The notes below the pieces were generated by a model. That model was not told where the DNA came from. It did not search any database and saw nothing but the letters and a program-made list of their open reading frames with translations. From Eledone cirrhosa (Eukaryota), in assembly GCA_964016885.1 (NCBI GenBank), contig OZ024746.1, positions 33,108,001-33,172,000 on the forward strand: a DNA stretch of 64,000 bases, read 5' to 3'. Of the stretch, positions 30,212 through 45,783 are shown piece after piece. Both the position numbers and the translations under genes were made by a program. Position 1 is the first letter of the stretch, and each line of letters begins with the position of its first letter.

Positions 30212-30546
30212 GCAAGCGGTGGGAGGGACCGTCCTGACGAAGGCCAGTTAAGCTTGAAATGTATAGACGTTTGTCCCCCTTGCTTCTTCTGGACATCACC
30301 AGAGCGCGTTAGCCCCCCCCCCCCACGGTATTTGCATAGCTACGGCTTCCTAAAACCGCATTTCTTTGGAGATACGAAATATTTATACATATTGTATAAA
30401 GCTATGCTTGAAGCGAAATCCTATTTCTTTTTTCATTATAAATTGAGCCAACTTATGCAGCTTCATATGCAAATGAGATTAATCACCTCATTTATACAGA
30501 CGAGAAAAGTATATATTCTCGCCTGTTTTCTAGTCCAGCAGTCGCA
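30212..30546 (+). mobile_element. 332-nt hammerhead-containing retrozyme-like monomer (family G, permutation 1)
   Basis: cgtc-CTGACGA(30234)-aggc cagttaa gctt-GAAA-tgta-TA-gacg; begins and ends with gca; circular permutation of 52831-53142. Confidence 0.85.
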
Positions 30547-30569
30547 TATATCTATATATCTTCACCCAC

Positions 30570-30624
<55 letters not shown>

Positions 30625-30625
<1 letters not shown>

Positions 30626-30890
30626 TTCCTCTTCTTCTTCGCCCACGTATTCCTCACACGTTCGAGCAGGTCCTGTCAGAAGCCACTATCTCTAACTGAT
30701 CTGACTGGGTCCCCAAACGAAATCAGCGAAGCTCATGGGTATGTTCTAACCATCTGGCTCAGGGTCTAACCCTGAGTCTCTTGCCGGTTGGTTTTGCCTG
30801 TAAAATCTGTCCAGCACTTCTTTCCTTGAGACATTCTAACTGCATGACCACAGTATCGGAGATGTGATCTGAAAAGTCGCGGTTCTACCC
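30625..30890 (-). mobile_element. 3' fragment of an RTE-like LINE
   Basis: LRYCGHAVRM, then after a frameshift KPTGKR.R.RP..RW; ends in (gaa)n. Confidence 0.55.
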
Positions 30891-32244
30891 ATATATATAT
30901 ATATACATATGTATACCTAACCAAATGAAAAAGATATATGCATAAGAGCCATCTGTCGTATAAGAAACACGGTATATTGTATATATACCAAATACATATT
31001 ATATAGAAAAATATGTACACAGGTGGAATCATAAATGAAACACTATAGTGTTATTTCACATCTTTTTCATTTGGTTATTATGGCTCTGGATATTCTCTAT
31101 TGAGCTTGCTGGAATCATATTCCTCGTCGGACTAACAACACACCTAGGAGCTGGACATATCGTTAATCATCATGTGATAGTAGGAAAATAACTCAATATA
31201 TATGAAACCGGTTTTATTTTATACATTCATTATATACATGTCGACACCCTAGATTTATCGTTTTTGATTGTTAGTGTTCTCGTATCATTTACCTTTTCTC
31301 TCATCCCTAAAAATATAGTTCCTAAATCCTTCTCTTTTAGACTCTCGTATAATCCAGTAAAGCATGCGAAGTTTTCTTTGTTTTTGTACTATCTCATCTA
31401 AAGCTAGCAACTGTGATTGTTTATACATAATATTTAAAATATTAGTTAGATGTTTTAGCCCCCGCCTAGTGTCTTTTATGTCGTGTTTACGAAATTGTCA
31501 AATATATAGCATTGTTAACCAATACACAACATTTCTTCTGAAGAACAAGCTCAATATTTCAGAGGAAACTAATTATGTTGTAAAATCTCCATTCTAGATG
31601 TAGAAACTTGATTATTCTTCACTCCACTGGCAGTTACAACAGAATTGTATTAAATAATATATAGAATCCTCTAAAGTGAAATAACCCATGGTATTAGTAA
31701 AATATTTGAAATATTACTAGTGATGTGAACAAAACGAATACTTATTTCGTTGTATATAAATACAAAAAGATCGTGTTCTCGCTTAGGACGTACGCTCATG
31801 ATAGTCTATCGAGATACAATAGAGATCGAAATCGAATTTTCCTGGTGAGGGACTTCTATTCGAAGCCTCGAACCCTCCTCCATTTTCTCCAATCCTGAAT
31901 CTAATACAACTGTATTTTTGCATCACTGTGTTTGTTTTAGTTATATATATGTATGTATAGGCGCGGGGACATAGAAATAGTTGGGCTGGATACCCGATCG
32001 CGCGGTTAAACCACTGGGAGTGAAGGGCCCCTAGTCTTTGTCAGAGCATTCTTCTAGGAGAAGGCAACTCAGGAAACTGGGTTAACTCCGACATAAAACC
32101 TGCGGCTCAGTAGTTACCGACGATGTTGATCTTTTCTTCTTTTCGGGTTATAGCTGCTGGCGCTCAGAGAGTGGGATTGGCTCAGTGCACAGTCTTTCTT
32201 CACTTTAAATAAATCTTTGCGCACAAGCATTGCACGATGGAATT

Positions 32245-32372
32245 AATTGTTTCTACTTTAGGCACAAGGCCAGCAATTACCCAGTGCATTACTGTTACTT
32301 TATTTTATCGACCCCGTAAGGATGAAAGGCAATGTCAACCTCGGCGGAATTTGAATTCAGATCGTAAAGGGA
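32245..32372 (-). mobile_element. SINE S1, truncated
   Basis: Reverse complement of the S1 tail, body and B box. Confidence 0.85.
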
Positions 32373-32423
32373 TGACTAATAATGGTATATCGTGCAATCG
32401 CCATACTCGATAATGAGGGAGCA

Positions 32424-32496
<73 letters not shown>

Positions 32497-32659
32497 TACA
32501 TATATATATGCTCCAACATGGTCTCAGTCCGTAGGCTGGAACACCTATAAGCGTAAACGGATACATATAAACATATATATATATATACATATATAGCTAG
32601 ATAGGCATATAGATAATATGTGTCTCTTCTTATGTGTGTATTCAGTCTCTATTGATCTA

Positions 32660-35600
32660 AATCTAGTTATGATGGCTGCAAACTCTGCCAAGAGTATTGC
32701 AATCGCTTGTCAGGTTCAGATGTGGGACGCTCGGATATGGCTTTTCAAGCCTGCTAGAGACTTGTACTCCTTCACACACTGACGACAATTATGGACATCC
32801 CTGGCTTGAGGTCCTGCACCAGGTTGCCCGTGAACCCTCACAACACCGTGGAGATCATAGTTCACTTGTTCTCTTTGAACATGGCTGCGACTGTGGCTCC
32901 TCAGACCAGATTTGCTCAAGCAAATTTTTCCACACTCAGGGCACTTCAATTCAATGGAGACAGCGATCGTTTCGAGAGATACACCATGGCATTGCTTACG
33001 CCCATCCTGTTTGATCTTCTTGTGTTCTATGCGTCTGTCCTCAAAATTATGGACCCCGTTATTTACCATTCCACGCCAAGTCTCTCTTTCAAGAGCTTCT
33101 ATCTCCCAGTCAGCCATCATCAAATCAGTGTTTTTCAATGAGTCCTTTACACAATCCTTGAATCGAAGCTTTGGCTTGTGAGGTGTTCTCTTACCCTCAC
33201 AAAGCTCGTCATACAAGAGTTGTTTTGGGATTCGATCATCCTCCATTCTGCAGAGGTGTCCGGTCCATCGCAAACGCCGTTGGTGGATGATACTCTCAAT
33301 GCTTCGACACTCACTTCTCTCAAGGACCTCAACATCACTCACATGCATCTGCCACTTGCTACCGAGCATCTTTCTGAGACACTACTGGTGAAACCGTTCC
33401 AGTCTGTGGATATGCCGTTTGTAGGCAACCCATGTCTCACATGCATACAGCAAAGCTGACAGTACATCTGCAGCATACACTCTCACCTTGGTTCTCATTG
33501 TGATTCCTCGCCTGCACCAAAGACGGTCGTTGAGCCTTCCAAATGACTCACTTACCTTACTAACACGTAGACCAACTTCTGCATCCAGAGAGCAGGTCAC
33601 ACTCAGAGTACTCCACAAATACACAAATGTGTCAGCAGCCTTAAGCTTTTGACCGTATACGTGTATGGAGGGTTCATTGAAAACTTTATCCGGAGCAGGT
33701 TGGTACATGACGACAGTCTTCTTCAGACTGATTGTCAGTCCCAAAGCACTGCACGCATTGATAAAAGAATCCTTAAGGTGTTGCATGTCACTCTGGGAGT
33801 GTGCAAAGAGATCACAATCATCTGCATATAACAATTCTCTGATCAATGTACTCAGTACCTTAGCGTTGGCTGTGAGACGCCTAAGGTTAAACAGCCTGCC
33901 GGAAGTGCGATATCTGAGATAGATACCGTGTTGACAATCCTTGAAGAACACCATCGCGAAATACAAGGCAAACAAAGTCGGTGCAGGTATATCACCCTGC
34001 TTGACGCCATTTTCAGCCGAGATTGGCTCAGACAGTTTATGTCCAACATTCACCCATGCCTGCATGTCATCGTGAAAGAGTTTCAGAATGTTGTTCACAA
34101 ACTTTTCAGGACAACACGATCTCTCCAAAATAAACCACAAAGCCTTCCGATTAACGGTGTCAAATGCCTTGGTCAGATCGACAAAAACTTGGCATAAGTA
34201 CATGCGTTGCTCAATGCATTTCTCTTGAAGTTGTTTGGTCGAGAAGATCATGACAACAGTGCCTATGCCATTCCCAAAGCCACATTGGGACTCAGGAACT
34301 ACCTCAACAGCAATGTGCTGTATCAATCTGTCCAACAATATCCTGCACAAGATCTTCCCAGCCACAGATAGCAGTGAAATACCTCTGTAGTTGCCACAGT
34401 AATCTTTGGCTTGCTTTCCTTTGTAAAGTACCACCATAAAGGCATCTTTCCAATCTTGTGGCACATCTTTTTCATTCCAAACATTCACAAAGAGATGAGT
34501 GAGGCGGTTTAAGAAGTTATCACCAGCACACTTGAAAATCTCAGCACTTAGTCCATCCATTCCAAGGTCTGGATCACTGGATCATTTTCACCGAACCAGT
34601 CTTTATGCTTTCTATTGGTATGGCCCAAAACCCCAGCACTAACATCATAGACGGTTTTCTTCAATGATTCTCAAGTGTTTTCACATTCCATGGACTCAAG
34701 GGACCTCGACAGCTCAGCTCTGACTTTCTCTGTTTTCAGACGAGCAACGTTTAGTTGTCTTGGAAGGGCAACCTTCTTTCCCCTTACTTTGGGCTTCACA
34801 ACAAATTGAAACTTGGCGCGCCTCAGACGATGATCAGTCCAACATTCCTCGCCTCGCAATACACGAACCAGTTTTTCATCATCACTAGCACACATAGTAG
34901 GATAGTACACACTGACCAGAGTCACAAAGAGGTTTTGAATCAAAGGGACTCTCATGGACATTATCCGATCATTGAATCCACAAGGAAGATTTTCCAGCTT
35001 TGAGACGATTCCATTCCTGACTGCAAATGCGACCCCTGCCTCTCTCCTACAACCCTTTGCTCCACCACTCCAATAGAAGGTATATCCTCCCTTCTGTTCT
35101 GTGAATTGACCCTCACCTGCCAATTTCGTTTCTGAAAGAGTAACGATGTCCATGCTATAGCGATAGAGTTCCCCCGACAGAGTTCCACCAAAGCAGATCT
35201 TCTTTCAGGGCAAGTTTTACTGGACTGGGAATCCAGTAAAGTTCTTACATTCCAACATCCAATATTCAGAGATTTGAACCACCTTGCAGTTGTAGGATGA
35301 CGACCGGGCTCACGCTGCGGTGCCATGGGACACCTGCCGAGCCAGACGCCTTCACAATAAGTTCCAGAGCCCTTACTGCCATTGACGTCAAGGTTATCAT
35401 CTGTCATCATAGAGTTTGGTGCACTTTTAGGCTACGGCCAGCCACACGAACCTGTAACAGATCGTGAACAAGCGATGCCTGTGCTTTGAAGGTTTTTTAA
35501 ATGGGGAAAGGCCTTACACGCGTCAATCCCACTCTCTGAGCATCGAAAACACTACCCGAAAAGGAGAACTGGTCAACATCATCGGATGCTTCCAAAGCCG

Positions 35601-35880
35601 CAGGTTTTCTTTCAGAGTTTCCCTCTCCCAGAAAGGTGTTGTGACAACAACAGGGCGCCCTTCACTCCCAGGTAAAAAAAAGAAGTACTATTTGGATGGC
35701 CGTTGACTCTGCTGAGTTCCTCTGCCCTTTGCCGGGTCTTGTATTTCATCCCATAAGGTGTCCAAATATCACCATCCCCACCAAGCAAGCTTGGTGGTGT
35801 TGCCGGTTTAGTCGCCGACGACCCGACCATGAGACAGGTAGTACTGGGTTACATGTTACCAGTAGCACTCGAGAGCAACC
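32660..35880 (-). mobile_element. Decayed RTE-clade (BovB-like) LINE: APE endonuclease + RT + two C2H2 fingers
   Basis: WNVRTL, LSETK, TDHRL (APE); YRGISLL, FVDLTKAFD, GVKQG, LLYADD (RT); RRLRWTGH..RM; CPEC..H..H and CRQC..H..H; several frameshifts and deletions. Confidence 0.9.
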
Positions 35881-36544
35881 TGACACATATGTAGTTATAC
35901 CTGTCATTCTTGTGCATATTTCTCTTATTATAATGTTTTACTGACTTTTTCTATATTCTATTATGCACATGGAAAATAGTTTCAAATGTATCATTGTTTC
36001 ACTTGCAACTTTTATCATAATATAACTTAGGTACTAGATAAATTTCCAAGTCGACACACTACTATTGTCTAATCTATATGTGATGTGATTCCCACGTTAT
36101 ATATATATAAATACACACAGACACACACACAGACACACACACACATACACACACACATATATGTATATATATATATACACATACATATATATATATATGG
36201 ATCTTTATATATACATATATATATGTACATGGAAATAACTTTATATGGGCGCATTTTCATATAGATATATCTAGAACATTTTCAAAGAAATACATGTAGG
36301 AAACTGTCTCAGCCTCTATTTGAGACATTTCGTAGTAGATTGATTCAGGCGACAGACAAGGGAGCAGAAAGTGACGGCAGATTAGATGGATTTAAACTGT
36401 TGATCTTCATTGAAAGGAATAAATCAATCAAGCTTTAAAATGATCGATAATGTAAATGTATGTGGCACAAAGAAAACTGCTTAGCAAAGAGTTCGGTTTG
36501 GTAAATCCATCACATGGAATAAATAGACATAACCGCTGAATTGT

Positions 36545-36592
<48 letters not shown>

Positions 36593-36650
36593 TATAAATA
36601 TGTGTATATATATATGTATATATATATGTATATATATATATATGTATATA

Positions 36651-36734
<84 letters not shown>

Positions 36735-36749
36735 TAAATATATATATAC

Positions 36750-36835
<86 letters not shown>

Positions 36836-37398
36836 GTATATATATATATATATATACGTGATATATTGATATATGTGTATATATATATATATGTATATAT
36901 ATGCATACATAGATATATACATACACACACACATATATACACACACACATACACACACATACACACAGACATGCACACACACATACACATATATATGTAC
37001 ATATATATATGTGCGTGATAGTACTTGGCTGTAAAAGAATTCTCCGTGGCATACCACTTTGTCTTTAGTAGTCTGAAATCTAGATCTATCCGTCTAGTTG
37101 CCATTTTTCATTAAATATCACGCAGTTTTCTTCCAAACATATTATAAACATTCTACTGTTATGTAAATTTTCTTAAGCTTGATTTTATGGGCACAGGAAT
37201 GTCTGAATCCTTATGAAAGACACCTTAGTACAATATGATTCGGCATTTGATCTTACTGTTAAACGTTGGTCAATTAAATGCGTATACAGTCAATATAGAT
37301 TTTGAGGAATATGTATATAAGCATTATGTATGTATGTATGTATCTATGTATGTATGTACGTATGTATGGATGTATGTATATGTGTGTATATATATATA

Positions 37399-37500
37399 TA
37401 CAGGGTGTCCCACAAAAATGTATAATACTTCAACAACATTCTAATAAATCTTGCCTATACAGGTAATCAAAATGTGTATACATTTTTGGGGGATACCGTA
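37399..37500. mobile_element. ~100-bp Tc1/mariner-type MITE
   Basis: tacagggtgtcccacaaaaatgtata ... tatacatttttgggggataccgta imperfect TIRs; a related half copy lies at 40397-40456. Confidence 0.6.
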
Positions 37501-37645
37501 TATTATTTATCGGTTTCTTCCTGACTGTATCTCTCACACACTTGCTGCTCTCTCCCAGCCAGCCCCTCTAACCGCCACTTTCTCACTCTCTCTATTTATT
37601 CATCTTTATTTCCCCCCATTCCGACTCATTTGAATATCATTTAAA

Positions 37646-38422
37646 TAATTGTTTCTACTTTTGGCACAAGGCCAGCAAATTACCCAGTGCATTACTGGTA
37701 CTTTATTTTATCGACCCCGTAAGGATAAAAGGCAAAGTCAACCTCGGCGGGATTTGAACTCAGATCGTAAAGGGACGTAACTATGCTGGAAAGCATGGCG
37801 TCCGACCCTCTACCGATACTGCCAATCCACCGCCTTACGAATATCATTTAAATAATTGTTTCTACTTTTGGCACAAGGCCATCAATTACCCAGTGCATTA
37901 CTGGTACTTTATTTTATCGACCCCGTAAGGATAAAAGGCAAAGTCAATCTCGGCGGGATTTGAACTCAGATCGTAAAGGGACGTAACTATGCTGGAAAGC
38001 ATGGCGTCCGACCCTCTACCGATACTGCCAATCCACCGCCCTTCATTGTTTCTACTTTAGGCACAAGGCCAGCAATTACCCAGTGCATTACTGGTACTTT
38101 ATTTTATCTACCCCGTAAGGATGAAAGGCAAAGTTAACCTCGGCGGGATTTGAACTCAGATCGTAAAGGGACGTAACTATGCTGGAAAGCATGGCGTCCG
38201 ACCCTCTACCGATACTGCCAATCCACCGCCCTTCATTGTTTCTACTTTAGGCACAAGGCCAGCAATTACCCAGTGCATTACTGGTACTTTATTTTATGTA
38301 CCCCGTAAGGATGAAAGGCAAAGTCAACCTCGGCGGGATTTGAACTCAGATCGTAAAGGGACGTAACTATGCTGGAAAGCATGGCGTCCGACCCTCTACC
38401 AATACTGCCAATCCACCGCCCT
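37646..38422 (-). mobile_element. Head-to-tail array of four SINE S1 copies
   Basis: Four near-identical ~190-bp units starting near 37646, 37853, 38046 and 38236. Confidence 0.92.
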
Positions 38423-38506
38423 GAAATACTAAAATACTATTTCAAAAATAATTTCAAATGAATTTAATGTATTCCGGGTTCAGTTAACCGCATGTGTATG
38501 CGTGTG

Positions 38507-38592
<86 letters not shown>

Positions 38593-39003
38593 TATGTGTG
38601 TGTGTGTGTGGCTATATGTGTGTGTGTGTGTGTGTGAGTGTGTCTATCCGTATATGTATGTGCGTGTGTGGGTCTTTCGCTAGTCTTCATCGACGTAGAC
38701 ATAAACACCTGCGATTTCATAAACCGCTGATTCCAGAACAATTTCTCTTAAGATACACCGTATTACATAGAGTCAATTAAAAATGTAGTAACAGAGATTA
38801 GCAAATACGAAGCATGAGAATCCCCTTATGTTTGGAGTGAACAAAATTACTAAATAATATTTTGCAAGTAGTTCTGTTTCAGCATGTAATCCACAGTACA
38901 ATATCTCTGATGGATATCTAGATGACAAAAGTAGCCGTTTAAAGAAATTGTTTCAACAACTGAAAGCTTCGTCGTTTTAAAATAGGAAATATATATGTAT
39001 ATA

Positions 39004-39061
<58 letters not shown>

Positions 39062-40375
39062 CAGGGCGGGGCATAATTCCTGTTACAAAGTTTTAAATCA
39101 ATTTAAAAATACATTATGTTGCTAATATAACTAATATATTTGTATCAAATCCATGCACTATAACCATATTAACTATTTTTCAGAACATTACTCCATTAAC
39201 AATTTGCAATGTCCATAGAATTGAAAAGAAAGTTCATAATAGAGAAGCATGAAAAAGGCCTGACTCCACCCAAGATATTTAAACTGGGGAAAATTCTTAA
39301 GATCAATAGAATGTTGATCAAAAGGACAATCGATCGATTTAAGGAAACTTCCCCGATCAAAAACAGACCTCGATCCAGACGCCCTCGCACCTCAAGAACA
39401 CCAAAACACGTTAAAAGTGTGAGGGAAAAAATAAGGCGTAATCCAAGAAGGTCCATGAGAAAATGGCAGAAGAAGCAGAAACATCGCCGAGAACTATGCG
39501 GAGGATATGTCGAAATGATCTGGGGATGTCACCCTATAAGTTCCAAAAGAGGGAGCTTCTTTCTGCAGCCACAATTGAAAAGAGGCTCTCCAGAAGTAAA
39601 CTGTTATTGAACTGTATCAAGGATGGCACGCTGCAAAACATCATCTTTACAGATGAGAAGTTATTCACTGTGCAGCAGTCTCACAATCATCAAAATGAAC
39701 GAGTACTTGCAAAAAGTCTCAAATCAATTCCTTCAAGTGTAGGAAAAGTGTTCAGAACACAGAAACCAGCATCAGTGATGATTTGGGCAGCCATTTCTGA
39801 AAGAGGTAAGTCTCCTCTGATTTTTGTGCCTCAAGGAGTTAAAATTAACAAAGAACTTTACATACAGGATATTTTGGAAGGATCACTGATGCCATGGTGC
39901 ATATCTGTTTATGGCGATGACATTTGGACTCTCCAACAAGATGGAGCGATGAGCCACAATGATTGCATAACACAACAGTGGTGTAGAGACCATTGTCCTG
40001 CATGGTTCAGTAAGGAAGAGTGGCCTCCCACATCACCAGATCTCAACCCTCTCGATTTTTCTTTATGGTCAATTCTTGAGAGTGAAACCTGCTCTACTCC
40101 TAGCCAAAATATTGAAACTCTAAAATCAAAACTGAATAAAGTATGGGAGAAAATACCCATGGAAACTGTTCGTGCAGTCATCGAAGAATACTTCCAGCCA
40201 CCGCTAGAATACTTCCAGCGGTGGTGAGAGTTAGAGGAAAGCATTTTGAATAAATTTGTGTGCAGTTGTTTAATAGTATATTACTTACTATTTGTTGAAG
40301 TCAAATCTTGAAATAAATGTTTTTTTCAAGAACTATTTGCATTTTATTTTGTAACAGTTTTTATGCCCCACCCTG
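39062..40375 (+). mobile_element. Tc1/mariner DD37D (maT) transposon, frameshifted
   Basis: TIRs cagggcggggcataattcctgttacaaa / tttgtaacagtttttatgccccaccctg; ORFs 39209 and 39463 joined by a frameshift; FTDEK, QQDGA-37 aa-D (SPDLNPLD). Confidence 0.92.
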
Positions 40376-41298
40376 TATATATATATATATATATATAGGG
40401 TGTACCAAAAATGCATGCACACTTTAATTACCTGTACATGCAATATTTATTAGAATGTGTGACGAATGTGTGACGAAAGAGCTTCGACAATATATAAACA
40501 ACCATATGGTATTCGAACCAACCACCCAACCAACCGGAAATATATAATAAATTGAAGTGAAAACCAACAGGTATGCGTGTTTTTATTGGCAGGATGTTCG
40601 TCCCAAAATATAACTATATATATATATTGGTAAAAGGAAAAGAAAATGCTGACAAATTGTTCCCAGTGAAAAATAGTTTAATTAGGAATAAGTAAAATGT
40701 AGTAATAAGTATTGGTTAGTATTCAGTTTTAGTTTTAAGTTTTTACCGGTTGCGCATTTCTAATGCTTTTCAAAAATAATTTTGAGATAGAGCGCCCGTG
40801 ATGTTTGCTCTAATCTGATCAGTTTTGGAAATTCTACCTGTTTTATGTGAAAAAAGTGGCTCCAGAGGTATTAAAATAAGTTTCGCGCCAATTCGTGTTT
40901 CAAAAATTCTTGTGCTCAAAACAATTTTGATTGGTCAGTAGAGGTCACGTGAATATTAAAAATTGATTTTGCGCCAAATGTAGGTTTGTCGAAGAGTGTC
41001 CTTTTTCGCCTGATTGAGAAGTCACTGAAAAATAAGTCTTTTAAGACAAATATGTGTGTGTGGGTAGTAAAGAGGTTCATTGTTTTGATAATGGTCAGTA
41101 GGGATGTGTGTGTGAATTGCAGTCATGTTGAAAGGTCAACAGTTCAGGTACCTATTAAGACAAATATGTGTGTGTGGGTGTGTGTGTAGCAGAGTAATTT
41201 GTGGTAGAGGGATCGGTCAGTAGGAATGTGTCTGTACGTGTGTGGGGATATTTTAACATGTTGAAAGATATTTTTCAGCTCTTGTCTTATACGGAGAA

Positions 41299-41329
<31 letters not shown>

Positions 41330-41356
41330 TCTCTTTGTATGTTAGTGTACGCGCGC

Positions 41357-41456
<100 letters not shown>

Positions 41457-41860
41457 TCCAGTATTTTTGTGATACTGGTAAAAATGGTGTACATTATTCG
41501 ATATTTTCAGCAAAAATGATTCTCTCAAGAGAACATCAAAAACATTAATAATAAAAGGAGGTGTGAAATGATATATAGTATTGTCATAACACCAAGGTCT
41601 GTGTGAGTGTCCAGATTGTACGTACTGCAAGGGGAATCCATTAGGCCCTGCCGTATTGGAATACTTGTGTACAAATACGTATGTGCCCTCAGTGTGCAAT
41701 GCATGTGTGCGTATATGTATGTGTGTGTGTCGGCACGTTTATATCTATAGACATCAAAAGGTATGCAAATTTGTGTATATTTGTGTTGCACCATAGAACA
41801 TGTGTGTTTACGTATGTCATTGTGTTTATATGTGGATAGAGATGTATGTAGGATATATAC

Positions 41861-42290
<430 letters not shown>

Positions 42291-43021
42291 TATTGAAGTA
42301 TAAAATAGGATTTAAAAATATTGAAATAGAAGGATAAATTGAAAGCAAATTCCTGACATGTGTGTATATATATATTTATTTAATTCTCCCCGCATCTATA
42401 CATACACACATACACACACACCAATATATATATATATATATCCTGTAAACAAATTCATGAATACATAGATACATGGTGAGTGTTAAATAACCTTTTTATT
42501 ATATACAATCTTTGCCGAAAGGAAGTTGCAGGAGAAGTAGAACGGAGCAGAGTATTAAGGAGATATGCGAATATTAATGGTCAGGATATAGAGAGACAAG
42601 TTGACTTTTCGCGTGTATTGCTTAATAGGTCATGTCTTCTACACTATTTTATACCATTAAATATTTGCAACATCTAAAATAAAACAGAAATTTAAAAGAA
42701 AAGATGGTTATATTGACAACAAACGAGGCTTGGAATCGTCGTTTAAGAAACATACGTAAAACGTTATATAGATAAGTACATGGATAGCTGTATACATGTA
42801 CATACATAAATACATACGTTCTGCTCATGCCAATATGCACAAATTTATATATATATATATATATATGAAATTTCGTTTCATTTTTTCCGTATATACATAC
42901 ATATATATATTTATATGTGTATTTAAATGTATATTTATATGTATATGTATATATATATATATTTATATGTATATATATATATATATATATTTATATACAT
43001 ATAAATATATATATATATATA

Positions 43022-43476
43022 TGCAAAGTTTTATTTAAATTGTTGGGTTACAACGAGTAAATATTTATAACTGATATAAAAGCACTCAACAAGTATTTGG
43101 AGTATATTTACGATATTAAATAAATGGAAACTATATTTATAAAACCATATTTATTTCATTATATATATTTCAGGGATATCATATTAAAAATATGGTATGC
43201 CTTCTTCAGACAAAATACAATATAAACAGTCTTATAAATAGATAGATTTGACATACCTTACAACTTCAACTTCCATTTAAATCAACTTCCATTTAAATCA
43301 ACTTTTTAAATGGAAGTTGAAGTTGTAAGGTATGTCAAATCTATCTATTTATAAGACTGTTTATATTGTATTTTGTCTGAAGAAGGCATACCATATTTTT
43401 AATATGATATCCCTGAAATATATATAATGAAATAAATATGGTTTTATAAATATAGTTTCCATTTATTTAATATCGT
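43022..43476 (-). mobile_element. Family A fold-back hammerhead element (copy 4)
   Basis: Tail on the left; arms 43111-43283 / 43306-43475; CTGAAGA(43377)-agg...cct-GAAA-tatata-TA-atgaaata. Confidence 0.88.
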
Positions 43477-43513
43477 ATATATATATATATATATATGAAT
43501 ATATATACATGTC

Positions 43514-43547
<34 letters not shown>

Positions 43548-43751
43548 CATATATATAGACATACATATGAATATATATACATATATACAAATATATATAT
43601 ATACACATACATATATATATATATAAACATGTGTATATATATATATGTATACATATGTGTATATATATATATATACATTTATATATATATTTACACACAC
43701 ACACATTATATATATAATGTGTGTGTGTGCATATATATATATATAAATGTA

Positions 43752-44327
43752 TACAATATTAAATAAATGGAAAACTATATTTATAAAACCATATTTATTT
43801 CATTATATATATTTCGGGGATATCATATTAACAATATGCTATGCCTTCATCAGACAAAATACAATATAAACAGTTTTATAGATAAATATATTCGACATAC
43901 CGTAATAAACATCAACTTCATTTGAAGAGGTTCACTCTAGCAGTGAAAATACAGAGAGAAAGAAAGAGAGAGAGAAAAGAGGGAAATAAGAAAGAAAGAG
44001 GGTATTTCCCTCTTTTCTCTCTCTCTTTCTTTCTCTCTGTATTTTCACTGCTAGAGTGAACCTCTTCAAATGAAGTTGATGTTTATTACGGTATGTCGAA
44101 TATATTTATCTATAAAACTGTTTATATTGTATTTTGTCTGATGAAGGCATAGCATATTGTTAATATGATATCCCCGAAATATATATAATGAAATAAATAT
44201 GGTTTTATAAATATAGTTTTCCATTTATTTAATATTGTAAATATACTCCAAGTATTTGTCGAGTGCTTTTATATCAGTTATAAATATTTACTAGTTGTAA
44301 CCCAACAATTTTAAATATAACTTTACA
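43752..44327 (+). mobile_element. Family A fold-back hammerhead element (copy 5)
   Basis: ~235-bp near-perfect arms centred near 43995; CTGATGA at 44138; tail to 44327. Confidence 0.88.
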
Positions 44328-44490
44328 TATATAAATGTATATATATATATACATATGTATATATATATATACATATATACATGTGTGTGTATATATATAT
44401 ACATATATATGTATATATCGATATGTATATATATATACACATTTATATATATATATGTATATATTTATATGTATATATATATATATACAC

Positions 44491-44571
<81 letters not shown>

Positions 44572-44695
44572 GATATGTATATATATATTCATATATATAT
44601 ATGTATGTAGACAGGTATATATGTATTTACATGTATATATATACATATACATATATATACCTATCTACATACATAGATATATATAGACATACATA

Positions 44696-44759
<64 letters not shown>

Positions 44760-44761
<2 letters not shown>

Positions 44762-44900
44762 TAACGAAGGAAATGTGGTAAGGAACCAGGTGGACCATAA
44801 CGCACCAAAGTACTCAATACTTAGGGTAGTAGAGTGGGTAATAGGAACGAGTAGGACCCCGACGGCTGAGCTCAAGCCCTTTCGACGGCTAATTCTGGAC
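44760..44900. repeat. ~140-bp interspersed repeat, family D (also 49234-49373, 61978-62170, partial 53243-53335)
   Basis: aacgaaggaaatgtggtaagg...gctaattctggac in three copies, each starting next to (TA)n. Confidence 0.85.
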
Positions 44901-45583
44901 TAAATAAATATTTTTATCCTGGTATTTGAATAGCCGAGCTTCTCAGGGGGTAAATCCATATATGGTAAAAGTGATTGTCACAGGATTGATCAAAAGTTTG
45001 TTGTTGAGACATAATAATTCTATCATGGCAATTTGTGCAGGGAAGGGGTAGCTGAACCTGCCAGTAGAAGCAAGAGAGAGAGGGGGTGGAGGAAACCCAG
45101 TCGTGGTGCGTTGATAGTGCCAACTACAGCTGGGCATGAGGTCAAAGAAGATACTAGGGGGAGGGGGGGGGGAAGTCGAAACAATAAGTAAAAATATAGA
45201 GAAATACGGAGAGTGTTAAAGAACAATTAAATGTAAAAAAAAAACAAAAACAATTTGCGGTTACTATAACCCAAGGACAGCTATCAAGACTCTCACTGGT
45301 ACTGCTAGACTAAATAAAGGTTTACTAGGTGGGACAGAATTATATTGAGACCCTTTTAAGAGGTATAAGTAAACAACCGAATATATCTTACGGTGACGGG
45401 TCAACAAGTGGGGGGCCAAAATATTAAAGAAACTACCACGAAATAATAATTCAGAGTCCCGAGACCAGTACGAAATAAAGGTTTCTACCCCAGGCACAAG
45501 GCCAGCAACCACCCAGTGCAAAAAAATAAACTAATACAATATATATATACATACATATATATTTATATATAATTATATATATA

Positions 45584-45677
<94 letters not shown>

Positions 45678-45783
45678 CATATATACACACACATGTATAT
45701 AATAATAATAATAACAATAATAATAATAATAATAACAATAATAATAATGATAACAATACATATATTGGATAACAAAAACAAAA

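Noticed and set aside
31960-32235. GC-richer segment resembling an RTE 5'UTR
   Set aside because: Resemblance from recall only; no ORF or second copy in the window.
35700-35880. Ribozyme in the RTE 5' leader
   Set aside because: Hairpins are present (ccaccaag/cttggtgg) but I could not fit HDV, twister or hammerhead topology.
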